Shown one piece after another: positions 57,027 to 64,000 of a stretch of 64,000 bases of DNA. The first letter of the stretch is position 1, and each line of letters begins with the position of its first letter. The notes below the pieces were generated by a model that saw only the letters and a program-made list of their open reading frames with translations, made no database searches and was not told where the DNA came from. Made by a program: the position numbers and the translations under genes. Origin of the DNA: a virus; the IMG/VR virus record IMGVR_UViG_3300013131_000042, positions 3,962 through 67,961 of that record, one strand, 5' to 3'.

Positions 57027-57229
57027 GCATTGTCGAGCTTTACAAGCTGTTGAACATCATCATCTCTTTGGCCCCGGACGCGGCTGATGCCGTGAAGAGG
57101 GCACTCGAAGGCTGGGGCAAGGCCAGCAACACCGACATCGATCTCTCTCAGCTGAAGCCCATCAAAGAGGCACAGCACAAGAAGGTGGATGCGGATATCG
57201 ATGCTGAGATTGAAAGGCTGTTCAAGTGA
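57023..57229 (+). CDS. Small hypothetical protein
   Basis: GAGGAG SD; ATGA-coupled to the lipoprotein. Confidence 0.6.
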   Translation: MSIVELYKLLNIIISLAPDAADAVKRALEGWGKASNTDIDLSQLKPIKEAQHKKVDADIDAEIERLFK

Positions 57230-57609
57230 GCGAGAAGGAGTTCACGGTCGGGGATCTTAGTATCCCCGATTTTATTAAGATTCTCACTAACGCCATCAAG
57301 CGTCCGGATAACGCGGAGCCTGTGATGGCGGACCTTACCGTCAAGGACTTCCTGCAAGAGATGACGACGGTGGTGCAGGGCAAAGCCTTTCGAGGCGCCC
57401 AGCAGGAGCAGCTGATTGGCCAGCAGGTGATGCAGGACTGGGCCGGGCTTCGGAACGTGCTGGCCGTCACGCAGCCCTACAGGCTTGAGTCGCAGGCGGA
57501 CTATGACAAGTTCGTCAAAGACCTGGGCGAGTCCATGAAGGGCAAAGCGCGGCTCGTAGTGGCCGTTGCTCTACTCCAGCCAGACGGAAGCTATGGGCCT
57601 GTTGGATAG
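57226..57609 (+). CDS. Hypothetical protein
   Basis: GTGA-coupled ORF. Confidence 0.55.
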   Translation: MSEKEFTVGDLSIPDFIKILTNAIKRPDNAEPVMADLTVKDFLQEMTTVVQGKAFRGAQQEQLIGQQVMQDWAGLRNVLAVTQPYRLESQADYDKFVKDLGESMKGKARLVVAVALLQPDGSYGPVG

Positions 57610-57701
57610 GTGTGAGTTCTGTGGGTGTCGTATTCGCGGTAACGTGGACGACCCAGTCATCTGGATTAAAGAAGGCGTACTCTGCCAACGGTGTCTGAAA
57701 G

Positions 57702-58274
57702 ATGATCGACGAAGCAAACGACGTAGCAACGAAGCCTCGGCTCAAGGTGACGGTCAAGCGGGCGCAGCCGTCCCCACCGCAGGAGCCACCCCGCATGGTC
57801 GAACAAAACACACTCCAGGAAATACGGAAGAAGTTCGACAAAATGCAACTACGCCTGCCAGCAAGACCATTATCCGGGTCAGGAGAGCCCTTAAATCCAC
57901 AACTGCCCCCTGATTTGACTATCCTCACTGACATCAAATTAGGGCAGTTGTTCAGCGAGTTCTGTTGTATGGCGCAGTATGCGCAGCTACAGTTGGCCAT
58001 CAAGGCAGTCGAGACCAGCGCGAAGAAGCGGCTTGAACGAGTTGTACGCGCACAAGCTCGGCTGACGAAAGAAGGCACAGTAGGAGAGCAGGAAGCTCAG
58101 GTCGAGATAGACCCCTCGGTACGAGATGCGGCATTTCATACCCTCGTTCAAGAGGGCACTGAAGCGATGACGAACGCGATGTTGCAGGGCTATATGATTG
58201 GGCGAGACGCTTGCAGCAGAGAACTAACGAGACGACAATGGACGATAAAGGATTCACTCGGCGGCGGCAGGTAA
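57702..58274 (+). CDS. Hypothetical helical protein, possibly UvsY-like recombination mediator
   Basis: Long helices with GTV...EAQV..DP; near RecA; the assignment is inference. Confidence 0.45.
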   Translation: MIDEANDVATKPRLKVTVKRAQPSPPQEPPRMVEQNTLQEIRKKFDKMQLRLPARPLSGSGEPLNPQLPPDLTILTDIKLGQLFSEFCCMAQYAQLQLAIKAVETSAKKRLERVVRAQARLTKEGTVGEQEAQVEIDPSVRDAAFHTLVQEGTEAMTNAMLQGYMIGRDACSRELTRRQWTIKDSLGGGR

Positions 58275-58564
58275 CCGGAGAACAAGAACTCCGGGTCGCC
58301 AACTCCACGGACGTGCGCTACCTCGCCACGGCCATCCTTCGTTACTTGGATGAGGGCAAGCGGGTGTACTTGTCCTGCATCGGCGTCCAAACTATTAGTC
58401 AAGCATGTAAGAGCGTCGCTGTGGCAAACGGCGAGCTGGCCCCGCAGGGCTACGTGCTGACGCTTCTCCCGACGTTCCAGGTGAGGAACTTCGAGGACAA
58501 CGGGGAGACTGTGGAGCGCACCGTACTGCGGTTCGCTCTGCACGAGCAAGCAATCGGCCTGTAA
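58238..58564 (+). CDS. spoVS: SpoVS-family (Alba-like fold) nucleic-acid-binding protein
   Basis: LRVA.......LA.AI......IG...SQA.K.VAVA.G.LAP.G..L...P.F......ERT aligns by eye along B. subtilis SpoVS. Confidence 0.85.
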   Translation: MDDKGFTRRRQVTGEQELRVANSTDVRYLATAILRYLDEGKRVYLSCIGVQTISQACKSVAVANGELAPQGYVLTLLPTFQVRNFEDNGETVERTVLRFALHEQAIGL

Positions 58565-59235
58565 TGGGCCGCTATCAGCGCCAGAAAGGCAAGAGAGGGG
58601 AGCGCCAGACAGCCACCGAGCTGCGCGAGGCGTTCCCCTCTCTCGCTGATGGGATACGACGCGGCTGGCAAACGCGCAGCGGCAGCGACGAGCCTGATGT
58701 TATGGGCTTGCCTGGGTATTGGTTGGAGGTTAAAACCGGCGCTATGCCCAACCCGCGTGCTGCTCTGAAGCAGGCGGACGAGGCACGTGGAGACTCCGAG
58801 CGGCCCATCGCTATTATTCGTGATGATAGAAAGAAGCCGTTCGCCGTTCTCTACTGGGAAGACCTAATTGAGTTACTGAAGTATAAGTTGGAGAGGGTGC
58901 AGCATGACGACGAGAGACCTGATGTACGTGCGCGGCGTGGACGGCAAGATGTATCTGGAGGTGCCGACCCCCGAGGGAACCAAGTACGCAGAGGCCGAAA
59001 AGGGTCTCTCGTTCAAGGAACTGCCGAACGGGAAGTGGATGGCGGTGCGGGACATGGACCTGCACGCTCGGCAGCAGATGGCGGGGAGCCACAAGGACTT
59101 CTTCGACGCGAAGGAAGCGCGCCACCGGATGAAGCGAGTGGACGCGCTGGAGAAGCAGTTGGAGCAGATGGCGATGGACCGGGCGGACCCCGGCGTGTCG
59201 CCCAACGTCAGGTACGTGTCAGACGGAGAGTCTGA
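58564..59235 (+). CDS. PD-(D/E)XK nuclease (Hjc-like resolvase) with long overlapping tail
   Basis: R.KGKRGER...PDV......LEVK...Q...PI...R; the domain ends near 58900. Confidence 0.75.
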   Translation: MGRYQRQKGKRGERQTATELREAFPSLADGIRRGWQTRSGSDEPDVMGLPGYWLEVKTGAMPNPRAALKQADEARGDSERPIAIIRDDRKKPFAVLYWEDLIELLKYKLERVQHDDERPDVRARRGRQDVSGGADPRGNQVRRGRKGSLVQGTAEREVDGGAGHGPARSAADGGEPQGLLRREGSAPPDEASGRAGEAVGADGDGPGGPRRVAQRQVRVRRRV

Positions 59236-59449
59236 GCGGCTCTTTGCGGAGTACGCGGCTGCTGCACGGGAAGGGCGGGGCAAGGAGAGCCCGTTCCAGC
59301 CACTGCAGTCCTACGGTCAGAAGCTCATTACGAAGACGGGGAAGGCGATTCGGCCCCTGCTCAAGGGTGAGATTGGGATGATTGGCTCGACCATCATCTG
59401 CTTGGAGCAGGGTTATGGCACGGGTAACTTCTCGTCTGGAGGCATCTGA
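58904..59449 (+). CDS. Hypothetical protein
   Basis: GAGGG SD; normal codon usage in this frame. Confidence 0.6.
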   Translation: MTTRDLMYVRGVDGKMYLEVPTPEGTKYAEAEKGLSFKELPNGKWMAVRDMDLHARQQMAGSHKDFFDAKEARHRMKRVDALEKQLEQMAMDRADPGVSPNVRYVSDGESERLFAEYAAAAREGRGKESPFQPLQSYGQKLITKTGKAIRPLLKGEIGMIGSTIICLEQGYGTGNFSSGGI

Positions 59450-60108
59450 TGGCGCTCGAAGTAGGTACGATTAATCGAGACACTACCTATCCGTTTAACG
59501 ACACGGGTACGGGTATGGCGTTTGCGCTCTACCAAGCGCTCAAGGCGTACAAGGTCGACCTCTCTAAGCGAGATAATTTGCCCGCAGCTACGGGCACGGT
59601 TCTCGTACGCGGCGGACGTAACCTTGTGTTGACTGCCCCCGATGGCTCGACGTTTCCCGCGCTTGTGTCGACCACGGACCCGCGACGCAACAAGGTCTCT
59701 ATCGGGACTGAGTCTCGGACGGTGCAGCAAATCATCGGCACGGACACGGTTATCGTGGACGCGTTCTTTCCGAACAACGGCTACTCCGGGCCGTACTCTA
59801 CGTATAACGACTACGATAACAAGCCCTCGTACTACACGGGAACGACGGCTCAGTGGAACGCGCTGACGCCTATCGAGCAGTGGCGTGTGAACATCGACTA
59901 CAGCACGAACAAACAGCTCGATGAGCAGATGCGTACGGCGCTGGCGCTGGCCAATGGTCTAGTGCCCTATGTTGTAGCCAACGCCGAGGTGTCTGTGCTT
60001 ATCCCAAGCACCCTGGCAGGGCTTCAGAAGTTGCCGACGCTCATCCTTCCTGGGGAACTCACGGATGCGTCTGGTGTGGATCGTACGCTGTCGGGAGGTG
60101 TTCAATGA
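59449..60108 (+). CDS. Hypothetical protein (possibly structural)
   Basis: GGAGG SD; TGATG coupling. Confidence 0.6.
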   Translation: MALEVGTINRDTTYPFNDTGTGMAFALYQALKAYKVDLSKRDNLPAATGTVLVRGGRNLVLTAPDGSTFPALVSTTDPRRNKVSIGTESRTVQQIIGTDTVIVDAFFPNNGYSGPYSTYNDYDNKPSYYTGTTAQWNALTPIEQWRVNIDYSTNKQLDEQMRTALALANGLVPYVVANAEVSVLIPSTLAGLQKLPTLILPGELTDASGVDRTLSGGVQ

Positions 60109-60353
60109 TGCAGAATTTTGAGGCCACGTGCTGTGGCTCGGCGGACGAGCGCAAACAAGTTATCGAGCGCGTAACCAAGGCGCTGGTGCAAGGCCACACA
60201 GGCTTGGCGATGCTCTACGAGACCTTTGCCAAGCAAGAACCTCCCCATGGTGTGAAAGGCACGGAGGAGGAGGCGGAGTTCCGTGCGGAGGCAGAGCGGC
60301 AGCTGGAGCTGGCTAAACAGAGCGGGGAGATGCTCGTACCGGAGGGCCTATGA
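60105..60353 (+). CDS. Hypothetical protein
   Basis: GGAGGT SD; coupled to queD. Confidence 0.55.
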   Translation: MMQNFEATCCGSADERKQVIERVTKALVQGHTGLAMLYETFAKQEPPHGVKGTEEEAEFRAEAERQLELAKQSGEMLVPEGL

Positions 60354-60736
60354 GCCTCAAGTACCGTATCGGCAAGACGATCAAGTGGGAAGCGGCGCAC
60401 CAGCTGAAGGGCTTGCCTGATGACCACCCGTGCTCGCGTCTGCACGGGCACTCGTACAGCGCAGACATCGTGCTGCGCTCAGAACTTCTGGACGATGTCG
60501 GGTTCGTGCTCGATTACAACATCCTCAAAGAAGTGCGGAACATGCTCGACCACCGGAACCTCAATGAGATTCTGGAGACGAACCCCACTGCCGAAAACAT
60601 CGCTGCATTTATCTACTCGGTGATGTGCGACATCCTGCGGCGTATGGACGCAGAGACCGAAGTATTTGTGGAGTCTGTTCGCGTCCGTGAGACGGAGTCG
60701 ACCTGGGCTGAGGTTACGGGAACACCGCCACAATGA
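60350..60736 (+). CDS. queD: 6-carboxy-5,6,7,8-tetrahydropterin synthase QueD
   Basis: AAH...CSRLHGHSY, LDH..LN, PTAENIA, VRET. Confidence 0.95.
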   Translation: MSLKYRIGKTIKWEAAHQLKGLPDDHPCSRLHGHSYSADIVLRSELLDDVGFVLDYNILKEVRNMLDHRNLNEILETNPTAENIAAFIYSVMCDILRRMDAETEVFVESVRVRETESTWAEVTGTPPQ

Positions 60737-61473
60737 AACTCGTCACTTTCCAGTCTCCCATCTTCTCCACGCTGCAGGGAGAGGGCTCGCTCGTCGGTAT
60801 GCCGTCCGTATTCGTGCGTCTGCACGGCTGCGACTACAGCTGCGAGTGGTGCGACACGAAGAAGTCGTGGGAGCCTGGGAGTGCCTCGATCGATATGCCG
60901 CTGGAGCAGGTTATCGACCGCATTAAGTCGTTCAACCTACTCCACCTTGTAATCACTGGCGGCAATCCGTTGCTGCAAGTCAATGACGTGGCGGATCTGG
61001 CCGCAGCTGTTCGTCAGGCATGGTGGGACCGTGAGAAGCGCATGTGGCGCCCCGGGATGCACGTGACGGTGGAGACACAGGGCTCGGTATTCGACCAGAC
61101 GGCGCTTTATCACATCGACTTGCTGTCACTGTCGCCCAAGCTGCATGTGCCCGGCTGGCAAGCCCTCGTGTGGCCGTGGCTGGAGAGCGCGCAGAGTCTG
61201 ACCTTCGATGTGCAGCTGAAGCTCGTCGTGACGAACCGCGAGGACTTTAAGGCGGCGGTCGAGTTCTTCGAGCACGTGCGCTACCGCTGGGAGCGGGAGC
61301 AGTCGATAAAGCCTCTGCCGATTATGATTATTCAGCCGGAGTCTTCTGCGGGTCGCAGACTCGTAGACAACGTGCGCGCTTGGTACGAGGAGTACATGCG
61401 CAACGTCGTGCGCTACCCCATCCCGGTCCGAATCATTCCGCAGTTGCACAAAACTTCTCTCCATGTAATCTAA
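60733..61473 (+). CDS. queE: 7-carboxy-7-deazaguanine synthase QueE (radical SAM)
   Basis: F.TLQGEG...FVRL.GCDYSCEWCDT, ITGG.P, ET.G, SPK, QP, PQLHK. Confidence 0.95.
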   Translation: MKLVTFQSPIFSTLQGEGSLVGMPSVFVRLHGCDYSCEWCDTKKSWEPGSASIDMPLEQVIDRIKSFNLLHLVITGGNPLLQVNDVADLAAAVRQAWWDREKRMWRPGMHVTVETQGSVFDQTALYHIDLLSLSPKLHVPGWQALVWPWLESAQSLTFDVQLKLVVTNREDFKAAVEFFEHVRYRWEREQSIKPLPIMIIQPESSAGRRLVDNVRAWYEEYMRNVVRYPIPVRIIPQLHKTSLHVI

Positions 61474-61477
61474 CCTT

Positions 61478-61681
61478 ATGGTTAGAGTGCTGCTGCATGA
61501 CTTGGAGACCGGGGAGATACAGACGTATCACTCGGATATCGTCGTGTTGCTCAGCCGTGAAGAGCAAGTTCTAACTGTGTGTGCGCGGGGCGTGGTAGAT
61601 AACGAGGAACTATGCGAAGTGCTCGGCGCCGCGCAGGCGCACCTGGAACTGCTGGACGAGGAGCGGGAGCTGCTGAACTAG
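61478..61681 (+). CDS. Small hypothetical protein
   Basis: Fills the gap between queE and folE; acidic. Confidence 0.45.
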   Translation: MVRVLLHDLETGEIQTYHSDIVVLLSREEQVLTVCARGVVDNEELCEVLGAAQAHLELLDEERELLN

Positions 61682-62241
61682 AGGCGGCGATTGAGACGTT
61701 TCTGCGTGGGCTGGGTGCGTTCGAGGACGACGCGGAGCTGCTTGACATCGGAAACACGCCCAAGCGCGTCGCAAAGATGTTCAAGGACGAGTTACTTGCC
61801 TCGTACCGAGACGGAGCGCTGGACGACCTGAACCAGCGCTTCACGCTCTTCGAGGCCCGGGGCTCGCACGAGATGGTCACGGTGGGGCCGGTGCCGTTTT
61901 CGAGTCTGTGTGCCCACCACCTGTTGCCGTTTCATGGCGTTGCCCATGTCGGATACATCCCCGACAAGTGGCTGGTCGGGCTCTCTAAGATTCCACGGGT
62001 GGTCGAGCACTTCGCGCGTCTTCTGCAGATGCAAGAACGCATGACGACGCAGATTGCAGATTACCTTGACGCTAACCTACATCCGCAAGGTCTAATCGTG
62101 CTTGTAGAGGCGCGGCATCTGTGCATGGAGTGCCGTGGCGTCAAGACATCGGGAGCTATCACACGCACAAGTGCGCTTCGTGGCGTGGCAAAATCCAGCT
62201 CGGAAGTGCGAGAAGAATTTTATCGCTTGCTATCTCGGTAG
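61612..62241 (+). CDS. folE: GTP cyclohydrolase I FolE
   Basis: TPKRVA, SLCAHHLLPF.G, GLSKIPR, QERMT, HLCM..RG; exact start uncertain. Confidence 0.95.
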   Translation: MRSARRRAGAPGTAGRGAGAAELEAAIETFLRGLGAFEDDAELLDIGNTPKRVAKMFKDELLASYRDGALDDLNQRFTLFEARGSHEMVTVGPVPFSSLCAHHLLPFHGVAHVGYIPDKWLVGLSKIPRVVEHFARLLQMQERMTTQIADYLDANLHPQGLIVLVEARHLCMECRGVKTSGAITRTSALRGVAKSSSEVREEFYRLLSR

Positions 62242-62270
62242 GCGTCTGTATAGTGCTCTCACTACCGAGA
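62227..62270 (+). promoter_or_regulatory. Candidate sigma70 promoter with 9-bp inverted repeat
   Basis: TTGCTA(62227)-16 nt-TATAGT(62249); perfect TCTCGGTAG/CTACCGAGA inverted repeat (62233-62241/62262-62270) flanks the -10. Confidence 0.45.
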
Positions 62271-62276
62271 GGACGC

Positions 62277-62615
62277 ATGAAACACCACCTGACGCTGTAC
62301 GCGCCCGCAAACCCAAACCGCATGGATCCCAACACCTGGAAGCGTGTTGTAAACGGTCAAGTCGTGTGGAACGGGCCGCTCTCGGGCACGGCATGGCGAC
62401 TTGCCTACGCGGATAAACCGGGTAAGAAGCCAGCCCCTGCATATAATGATTGCTCTTTCATGGGGCGCAATGTACACCAGGATGTCTGCGCGGCTGCTAT
62501 CTACGAGCCGTGTAAAAAGTGCCGGGTACCGAGGATGTACACTGGGGTACGTCTTTTCCTACCGGCATCTGTAAAACAAGCACTGCTCAATACGCTGCAC
62601 AAGTCGAAGAAGTAA
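62277..62615 (+). CDS. Hypothetical protein
   Basis: GAGGA SD before ATG 62277; Cys/His motifs. Confidence 0.55.
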   Translation: MKHHLTLYAPANPNRMDPNTWKRVVNGQVVWNGPLSGTAWRLAYADKPGKKPAPAYNDCSFMGRNVHQDVCAAAIYEPCKKCRVPRMYTGVRLFLPASVKQALLNTLHKSKK

Positions 62616-62619
62616 GGAG

Positions 62620-62802
62620 ATGCACATGATGAATTGGTTGGGTCGTGAATTTTGGGTTGCACTTCGTGGCGATTTTATGAAGTGTATGCGATACTGCGAA
62701 CGCCACATCGCAGACATTGATCGTAAGCAACGGCAAGAGCTTGGTGTTGCCAACCGGACTAACCACCGGGTCTCTCCCTCCAAGAACAAGGTCTGGAACT
62801 GA
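62620..62802 (+). CDS. Small hypothetical protein
   Basis: AAGGAG SD. Confidence 0.45.
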   Translation: MHMMNWLGREFWVALRGDFMKCMRYCERHIADIDRKQRQELGVANRTNHRVSPSKNKVWN

Positions 62803-62811
62803 GGAATCATC

Positions 62812-63252
62812 ATGAACATTAAGAAGAAGATTGTGAAGAAGGCTGTCGCAAAGGTTGCTCCGAAGGCTGCTGCCAAGGCCCCGAAGGCTGCTCCGGTGAG
62901 CCGCGTGAAGATCGTCGAGGAGCTTTCCGGTAAGGCCAAGAAGATCGTCTCTGACATCGACAAGGCTGTGGCGGCGATCGAGGCGGCGAAGGCGTCCATC
63001 CAGTCGTCCCTCCCGGCTCTCCAGGAAGCGCTCGGCGCGGCGACGTTCGTCCACCCGACCCAGGGCATCATGACCATCATGGAGCGTGGCGGTGCGTGGT
63101 TCTGGCGTCCGAAGCCCTCGGGCGGTGGCCGCAAGAAGAGCACGGAGCCCAAGGCTGCGCCCAAGAAGGTGGAGAAGAAGGCCGCGGCTGCGCCCGTCAA
63201 GAAGATCATCCGCCGCAAGGCTGCTGAGACTCAGGCGAGCGACGACGAATGA
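62812..63252 (+). CDS. Lys/Ala-rich basic protein with histone-H1-like termini
   Basis: GAGGA SD; AKVAPKAAAKAPKA and KAAPKKVEKKAAAAP tails around a folded core; highly biased codons. Confidence 0.75.
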   Translation: MNIKKKIVKKAVAKVAPKAAAKAPKAAPVSRVKIVEELSGKAKKIVSDIDKAVAAIEAAKASIQSSLPALQEALGAATFVHPTQGIMTIMERGGAWFWRPKPSGGGRKKSTEPKAAPKKVEKKAAAAPVKKIIRRKAAETQASDDE

Positions 63253-63608
63253 GCCAGCGGTGGGCGACGCACCGGTCGCCCCGGTATGAGCCAACCGAAA
63301 ATGGTTACACCCGTAGGATCGTCTACTGCAACACGGAGTACTTTGCGTACCCTACCGCGGAGCGGTCCTACGGGGGTTGCAAGCTGCATAAAGGTATCAC
63401 TAGCTACGCTAGGTGCATTAGTTGTAGCGATAACGACGGCACTCTCGATATTCGTTACGACACGATACCGGACCCCGTCATACAGGCTTGCATTTATCGA
63501 GACACTACTTATGATGCCCGACGTGGCGGATGTAAGGTCTGTCTCGAACGAACCGAGTGTATTAACAAGTCTCTCAAGAAGAAGTTCAGGCTAAGGGTAA
63601 TTAAATGA
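63249..63608 (+). CDS. Cys-rich hypothetical protein
   Basis: ATGA-coupled; several CxxC-like motifs. Confidence 0.5.
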   Translation: MSQRWATHRSPRYEPTENGYTRRIVYCNTEYFAYPTAERSYGGCKLHKGITSYARCISCSDNDGTLDIRYDTIPDPVIQACIYRDTTYDARRGGCKVCLERTECINKSLKKKFRLRVIK

Positions 63609-64000
63609 CGCACACGAAGGAACAACTCAACGAGATGAAACTCCCCCAGCTTCGCGGTATCGCGAAGGACCTCGGAGTGAACTCGGCGGGGCTCCGTCCC
63701 GCGGACCTCGTCCGTGAGATTCTCAAGGCACAGGACGCAGCCAAGCCCGCAGCGAAGACTGAGAAGAAGGCGGAGCCGAAGAAGGCCGCCGTCAAGGCCG
63801 CCCCTGCCAAGAAGGCAGAGGACCCGGTGCTCAAGGCTCTCAAGGCCATTGTTGAGCGCATGGACGCCATCACCGGTAAGGTGAACGCGCTCGCCGAGTA
63901 CTGCGACATGGAGGCGCTCGGAGACGCGGACATCGACCTCGATTTCAGCGTGGCCCCTGTGGCAGCGCCGGTTGTTGAAGAGACCGAGGAAGAAGAGACC
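63605..64000 (+). CDS. Rho-N/HeH-like domain protein with K/A-rich linker and acidic tract (3'-truncated)
   Basis: Missing from the ORF track because it has no stop in the window; translates MTHTKEQLNEMKLPQLRGIAKDLGV..GLR.ADLVREILKAQ then KKAEPKKAAVKAAPAKK and EETEEEET. Confidence 0.7.
   Translation, partial: MTHTKEQLNEMKLPQLRGIAKDLGVNSAGLRPADLVREILKAQDAAKPAAKTEKKAEPKKAAVKAAPAKKAEDPVLKALKAIVERMDAITGKVNALAEYCDMEALGDADIDLDFSVAPVAAPVVEETEEEET

Larger units (their letters stand above)
1..64000 (+). mobile_element. Tailed dsDNA bacteriophage genome segment (Caudoviricetes, contractile tail)
   Basis: Terminase, portal, capsid, sheath, tube, tape measure, baseplate, fibres and a phage-type replication module lie in one co-oriented, tightly packed array; no host housekeeping flank or integrase seen. 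Confidence 0.97.

Noticed and set aside
1-64000. Alternative genetic code or integrated prophage
   Set aside because: Conserved genes are intact in code 11 and all three stop codons are used; no integrase, att site or host genes are visible in this window.

Overview
The whole window is part of a high-GC, tailed dsDNA bacteriophage genome with a contractile (myovirus-type) tail. All credible genes are on the + strand, and there is no integrase or host flank in view. Gene order: truncated cell-wall hydrolase, small H1-like basic protein, queC-like/queC/queF, large terminase, HEXXH peptidase, SPP1-type portal, a cluster of small basic head-region proteins, scaffold, major capsid, neck, sheath, tube, frameshifted tail chaperone, tape measure, eCIS/T4-like baseplate and two large fibres. 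A replication/recombination module follows (SF2 helicase, DnaC-like loader, DnaB, DnaG, SSB, PolA, RecA, three PD-(D/E)XK nucleases, SpoVS-like protein), then queD/queE/folE and two more basic nucleic-acid-binding proteins. Most notable: (1) a complete GTP-to-preQ1 7-deazaguanine pathway with a second, divergent QueC paralogue and no DpdA in the window, a candidate new DNA or protein deazaguanine-conjugation chemistry; (2) a pseudoknot-capable RNA leader directly upstream of that operon; (3) four unrelated head-region proteins sharing an H-x-Y-(9-14)-HE[YF] tag, with a HEXXH peptidase and no recognisable canonical prohead protease; (4) a roughly 200-aa Cys/Pro-rich insertion in the portal. Product calls rest on motif recognition by eye; no database searches were run.
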